From positions 20,088,001 to 20,152,000 of the forward strand of contig OZ038378.1 in NCBI GenBank assembly GCA_964036045.1: a stretch of DNA of 64,000 bases. The letters run 5' to 3'. The notes below the pieces were generated by a model that searched no databases, had not been told where the DNA came from, and saw nothing but the letters and a program-made list of their open reading frames with translations. Shown piece by piece: positions 58,201 to 64,000 of the stretch. The first letter of the stretch is position 1; each line of letters begins with the position of its first letter. The translations under genes and the position numbers were made by a program. This DNA comes from Eutreptiella sp. 'Long Island Sound 2002' (Eukaryota > Protista > Euglenida).

Positions 58201-61200
58201 ATGATGCGTGTGCAACTTGCAGCAAGCACGAAACGCAGGCCATGGCAGGCGGTTTGGGACAGAGGTTGTGCCACCGTTGCTTCATAGATAGCAGTGTCGT
58301 CTGCGATAGGGTGCTGTTCTGGGGCATTCATCATGTCGACCATCGGCAGCAATACCGGCGTCTCTTGTCCTGCGCAAACAACACAGCAAAGAGGCGATAC
58401 GACGCACAGCAGTCATCAGGTGACTGGGCTGCAAGGGCACATCAAAGTGCCAAAAGCAATCCTCAGGACTACGCACATAAAATGCGTGAATGTCTCCTCG
58501 ACCAAATCCCGCACACCAAATCGCGCACACCAAATCCGGATATGGTCAATAGCATTGCCACCCCTAAATGACCCCATTTCACCCTCGTCCCCCCATGTCC
58601 CTGGCATCGGCAGACAAAGACCACTCAGGGGATGCTGTTTTTTTTGGACAGAACAACGGTTTTACAAGGGGTTGAGTCCCGAACTTAACGCCTTTGGGCT
58701 ATAGTACGCGAATGGGCCCAAAAGACGGGGGATATGTGGCGTTTCCCATGTATTCCGTCCCGCCTGATTTGGGTCTGACAACCTCCGCGAGGTGATGCAC
58801 ATGTGCCAAAAGAAGACTAAAATTGTTGGTGCAAACAATACTCGGTGCTGTTACCGTCACTCGTCGAACCACGGGTTTTTGCGGTTCCGCTTTTCGCTTG
58901 GAGTAGGGGTGGATATGTGCCGCATACTCTGGCGTGATGCTGTGGCCTGGAATGGTTTGTTTCGTTACGGTCCTCCGCATCGAACGCACAATGGTGCCAT
59001 GCACGGGTTTGAGAAACCATTTCTTTTGGCGGCGTGGGGGGGAGAAGGGGAAGATGGGGGGGGGGGGGGGTGCAGGAAGAGGTGCAAAGGGGGGTGAAGT
59101 GGGATGCCTGTGAAATGGCAGAACCTCGGCTGAACACGAACATGACCCATCCACACGTGCCGTGTCTCTGCCTTATGTACACCCAATCTCGCCCTGCTTT
59201 GCCGCAGGCACAGTGCACACAGTGGGGGGTTGTCGTCCTCCAGGTGTAATGGGTGTCTGGGGTACGGGTACGACACGTTTTCTGGTGCCGTCACACTTTC
59301 CATGAGGCTGGCAGTAAGCCGCCCGGAATGAAACGGGAATGGACGCCGCACGAAAGTCGGCTTTTCGGGTCCTGGTGTGACACACCCGCTGTGCAAAACT
59401 GCTGTCAGTTGGAGGCTGGGGCATACGACATGAAGGCGTGAACTGACCACGGCCGAGAGCCAGCAGCTCGAGGCACCTCCAAACACATGGCTCCGCCGTG
59501 GATCCGCACTACGGGCGGGCACACAGCAGAACCAATGCACGTGGGATGAGGCGGCCACGCACCAGCGATTTCCATCGTGAATGCCCGGGACCACATAATG
59601 TGAAGCGCCCACTCGAAGTGTTGCAACTGCACCGCCGCAAAGACCTCGGGGTTCCTTTGGGAGAGGTACATGCGAGCCAACACACGACAACTGTGTAAAT
59701 ATAGTGCACGCACGTGTGGGCCCGTGGTTCGGATTGCGGGCAGCACCTCGTCCGGTATACCCCTCCTTGGGGGCGACAACGCGGCAGAAGATGGAGCTGG
59801 ACCCATGGGGGGGGGGGGGGGGGCGGTTCAGGTCAGTTCCGGGCCCCAAGCCCTGCGGCGTGGGCAGGAGGTCGGGTGGGTACAACCTGATGGAGGGGAG
59901 CTAAGTGAAGGGGTAGGGGGAACCTTTGGTAGACTTACCCGGGGGGGGTGGGGGTCATTCCGAGCATTTGAGACGGGACCCCAAGACGGCAGAGGTTATG
60001 CAGCCATATTCATCGACATGACAGTGTTGGTGCGGGACTGCACTGCACACACAAACACACGTCCCATTGCTGGCATCCCTGTCAAACGGGATGAAGACTC
60101 GTGTAGAGCACCTCGAAGCAGCCACATGTCCTCGATGCAGGGGGCCGAGTGGGAGGCCGATCTGGGGCACCTGGAGGTGGGACCCGCGAGCGTGGATGCC
60201 AATGGCATGCATACTTGGCAAAGACAGCGGTCTGCGCATCACGAAACATGCGCTCCATCATCGCCTTTCGCTCGGTGACACGCTTTGCAATCGGATGCTT
60301 CCCAAAGCACGCCAACTCCTCTGCAGTACGAACCATAAATAGGGCAAGAGTGTAGCCGGAATCAGCGTCGGGCTGAAGAGAAAGGGAGTATGCCCACACT
60401 TCAAAAAGTGTCGCCGATCCACCCAACTTCCGCTTTATTGCTCCCGCATTGTGACGTCGCGTGTGTGCGCACTGGAATTTGTGACTGGGATACGCAACGT
60501 TGATGCCAATCGATGATTGCACACATTTCAGAAATCATTGCTCGGCCCACACATCTACTGCCACTTCAGTAAAAATGAATGCCCCCCGGAAAGGAATGCG
60601 CCCGCCTCGTGGTAGATTCATTTCAGGACCGGTCGCCAGGACGTGCTATCGGCTGGAGACGGAAATTTGTCGTGAAGGTAGTGCTGCAATTCTTCCTTCA
60701 AGCCCATGCTTGAATGGTGTGCCGCACACTCATGGCCAGGCGTCCCATACAGGAAGATTCACAACATCACCATTTTAGGGCTCACCATTCAATTTCTTGA
60801 ATGAAGCGACTGGACAACTGGTTCAACCCCAATAAACGCGCAGTGCGCGCGCACGGTCATGCAGTCCATTCACGTTGGGCAGTACCTACTCTATCCGATT
60901 GTACATCACACATTTCCAGTCGACCAATGGAAATCACCCACTGTCCGTCTTTGGCGCTTCACATGGAGTGACAGGACCTGGGCTGTACATTGACGGCAAC
61001 GGGGGGTCGAAGCGTCTGGGAAGAACGTCCAAATACGGCCGCCATTGCGACTGAGGGTTGCCGTCTTCATACAACAGCAACACCGCCAGAAGGTGATAAG
61101 GAGTTAGACTTGCCTCGTGTAGGCCCTCCAAAGGCGCGTCGTATACCGCGTGCGGTGACAGTACGGCGTGGAGTGGGAGGAAGGACAGCAATTGTCCTTG

Positions 61201-62991
61201 CACGACGGTGTTGGTGGTCACTACAAGCCTTCCACGGGAGGGTCCTGGTCAACGAAAGAGAAGCATGACCAGACACAGACACCGGGGCGTAAAACACAGC
61301 CACAGCTGCCCACCACCCCGACAAGATGCATGCACCGAAGCCCGCTCTTAAGGGGGAACCCTTGCACTGCGCGCTACTTTTAGACTAGATTCCCCTGTGA
61401 AGAACCCCCATACCGACCCCTTCCAAACACCCTCAAAATTAGGCCACCCTAGCTACCCAAATGCCCCTAAATTTAAGTCACTCAAACTACCCTAGCTCAA
61501 GACAAATGCAAGCTACCTTCCCTTTATATAAGACATCATGCAAAACGCGGAAAGCCACGCACATATCCTCTTTTTTGTTCAATTGAAAGCTCACTCACCC
61601 TACCACCTAGTCCCAAAGCCGCGTATGTGTCCACCCCATCCTCAACTGGACCGGGGGGCAAAGTTTCTTGCAGGAGGGAATCCACGTCAACCTCTGTTTT
61701 CAACTTGTGGTACAACCACGCTTCCTCATCAGCGGGGATGTGGCCTCGCATAGGGGATTCGACTGTGGTCAGGCAAAAACCGGGCAGTCCGCCACGTCAA
61801 CTCTAGGGCCCACACCAAAGTGTGGGAGTCCATGGTGAAGATGAGCAAAACAAAATGTGAAAAGGGGTGGAAATGGGTGAAAGTGGGTGAAAATCCAAAA
61901 ATGCCATATCCCCCATGTGGAAGAAGCATCAAAACCTATGCTGGGGGCAACAATAATGCCCCTAGTATCACAAAGTATGGGTCTCCAGTACGGCTAGACG
62001 CCCAAATAGTTGCACTGCGCCCGCACTGCGCGCACTGCGCTAAGGGAGCCCCCGAACAAGAAAGTGTCGGGCTTGACCGTTGTCCGACGGGTGGTTGGTG
62101 ATTCAGCGACGGAGGTTGGCGGTGAACGGACAGAAAGTGGCGTAAATGCTGGCGGTCAATGGGCGACGGTTAGTTGGCAACTGCTGGCCTCGCACGCACC
62201 AATGCCCCATGCCACCCAACTACAAGACGGGAAGGCGGATGGGCATCAAATATGGATGAGCACCTCTGCTCATGCGAAAACGGTGTTTTGCAGCGCGTTC
62301 TGGATCCGCCCCTCACCCCGACAAGGCATGGACACTGGCCCCCGAACAAAACGTTGTGACCGAACAAGTGACGTACGGGGCCTCACCCGTGCGAGGGATC
62401 GCAAGCCTTGCGGCGGGGGTCTCAGGCTGATAAGCACCAGGCCCACATTCAAAGCATGCAATCAGCCCCTGATCACACTCGGTCTTGCGGCCACAGTGCC
62501 CCACGGGGCAGGGGAAGCAACCGGAGAGCGCGGCGTTGCCGGTGACGGTGCCGTAGGGGCTGGCATTGCGGTTCGTCTGGAGTCTGGGCTTGGGATGTTG
62601 CGCACTGGTGGGCCCGGAGCCCCAGCCGCACGGGCATGGGCACCTCGTGCGTTCTGGGAACCACCTCGATGCATGAACACAATGCACGCATGTCCATGCA
62701 ACGCTTGTGGACCACTTCGTTGTCTCAGGGCGGGGGCCCTTGCTGTTGCTGACGCTCCGGGGTGCACGAACATCATGCAACTTCAACGCACAGAAATGCA
62801 AATTACGCTGGGCTAGGGCCAGGGCCAGGCTGGGCTGAAGGTGCAGGCTCACAACCCGAATCCGTGACGGCCACTGCCGGCAGTTGGACTCCGGATCTTT
62901 GGCACCACCTCATGAAGGACGCCACGTCTGCGGTTGTGCTGTGAGCGACGGGGCTGGCGAAGGCCAACAAGTACCAAAGGAAGAGCCACAT
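55217..62991 (-). CDS. SET-domain protein of the Rubisco LSMT/SETD3-SETD6 type with signal-like N-terminus, about 449 aa. Exons 62991-62856, 61244-60978, 60320-60215, 59654-59563, 58369-58275, 57290-56925, 55504-55217 (possible extra exon 62653-62387)
   Basis: Motifs FMRWCQRSG, GRLVVTT..VQGQLL..LP, LAVLLLYE...SQWRPYLDVLP, FEWALHIMWSRAF, LLPMVDMMN, YPDHLSSVEFLMNYGM..NPND, RLLAAMRL, PLSTANE and LEGAIL. GT-AG borders are phase-compatible and sum to 1350 nt. Confidence 0.88.
57286..57360 (-). repeat. 15-bp tandem repeat spanning a splice acceptor of the SET gene
   Basis: ACACCCTGCGAGGGA x3 perfect plus partial and degenerate copies; each carries CAG|GGT on the minus strand. Confidence 0.9.
58600..58794 (-). 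mobile_element. Diverged 5'-terminal fragment of the same family in a SET-gene intron
   Basis: GGGGATGCT...TTTTACAAGGGGTT...TACGCGAATG...ACAACCTCCGCGAGGTGA resembles 19465-19613 and 26330-26481. Confidence 0.6.
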
Positions 62992-64000
62992 GAAGCAAAC
63001 CGACTGTGACGATGCGAACGTACGATTGCGAAAGCACGTGGCCGGCACTTTGGTGAGTGAAGCCAACGGGAGCAGGCTTACTCACGCTGCATCAACACTG
63101 GTCCCTGGGGGATTCTGTGTTGTGTAGCTTCATGGCAATGGGCAGTGTGGCCTGCGGTACAGTCAGTTGCTACGACCCTTCAGTACATCAACACCACTTG
63201 GCAAACAGTATGCTCGAAACAATGCACAACGGAAAGGCATTCTGGTTGCCCCGAGTTCTTTTCAATACCTGCAGGACACACTACGCATAGATTGCCGAAC
63301 CGTTCATGAGTGTGTGGTACATGCGGTGCCCCCCCTCCACACACACAGATACAGCGGCAGCTGTGGTCACAAAAGGCGGGGGAAGGGGGGGGGGGGGCGG
63401 TGTTGGGGGCAATATGAGTCGTTGAACGCGCCAAGGGCTCCTTGACTGACTGCTGGTTGGTCTTGGCGTCACGCGGCGCATATTGTGATCGCGGCTGCTC
63501 AAAATGGTGGGACGTCCGGAAATTACATGCAAAAAGGGACTGGCCCCGGCCTTTGCGGAGACGATGGCCATGCAGCATGGGGCGCTGGTCCACCGCCGCG
63601 GCGGTGGCAAGCGTTGCTACATGCTACATGCTACATGCTACATGCATGGAGTGGGGCCAGGGGGGGGGGGATTGCGGTCTGGGGGGGTCCAATCCGATTG
63701 TGAAAAATTGCGAGGAAATTGCAGGAAATTGCGGGGAAATTGCGAACCTCAAATGGCTCATCAGGGAATTGTTCCTTCCTCTGCCACGGGGACATGCTGC
63801 AATACTTTGCCCCTGCACCCCCACAACCAGTCCCATATTTCCTCTTCAAGGGACCAGACCCAGCAACCTCCTCAGACTGTGGCTCAAGGGAGAGTGTCTC
63901 AGATGGTGATGCCATATTGCTGGTGGCAAAAAAAAAAGAGGAACAGAGTCTGGCAGAACAGCAAATGGCAGTTGTCAGGCACACATTGCAGCATGGCCCT

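Overview
Eukaryotic nuclear DNA, very probably from a euglenid: a near-exact euglenid spliced-leader (SL) sequence occurs at 24878-24903 (-), and the genes have long GT-AG introns filled with repeats. Four intron-rich genes can be rebuilt by hand, all on the minus strand. They are (1) a signal peptide/TM/C-terminal U-box protein (5248-22185, joined by splice phase), (2) peptidyl-tRNA hydrolase (30250-34810), (3) a 720-aa catalase-peroxidase KatG with a signal-like N-terminus (38658-48481) and (4) a Rubisco-LSMT-type SET-domain protein (55217-62991). Introns and intergenic DNA hold a Penelope-like retroelement with N-terminal GIY-YIG (Naiad/Chlamys-type order), an L1-like remnant with RNase H, and a decayed PHD-PHD-SH3-like-J-domain ORF. 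They also hold tRNA-derived SINE-like heads, a non-autonomous Helitron/Helentron-like family whose ends can be read from a restored host frame, satellites, a 185-bp palindrome and many (CA)n tracts. The most unusual items are the 163-bp SL-headed insertion with two empty sister sites, the receptor-like U-box architecture, and these mobile elements. All exon models are manual and need RNA-seq confirmation. Most ORFs in the supplied track are shadows of repeats or of real exons.
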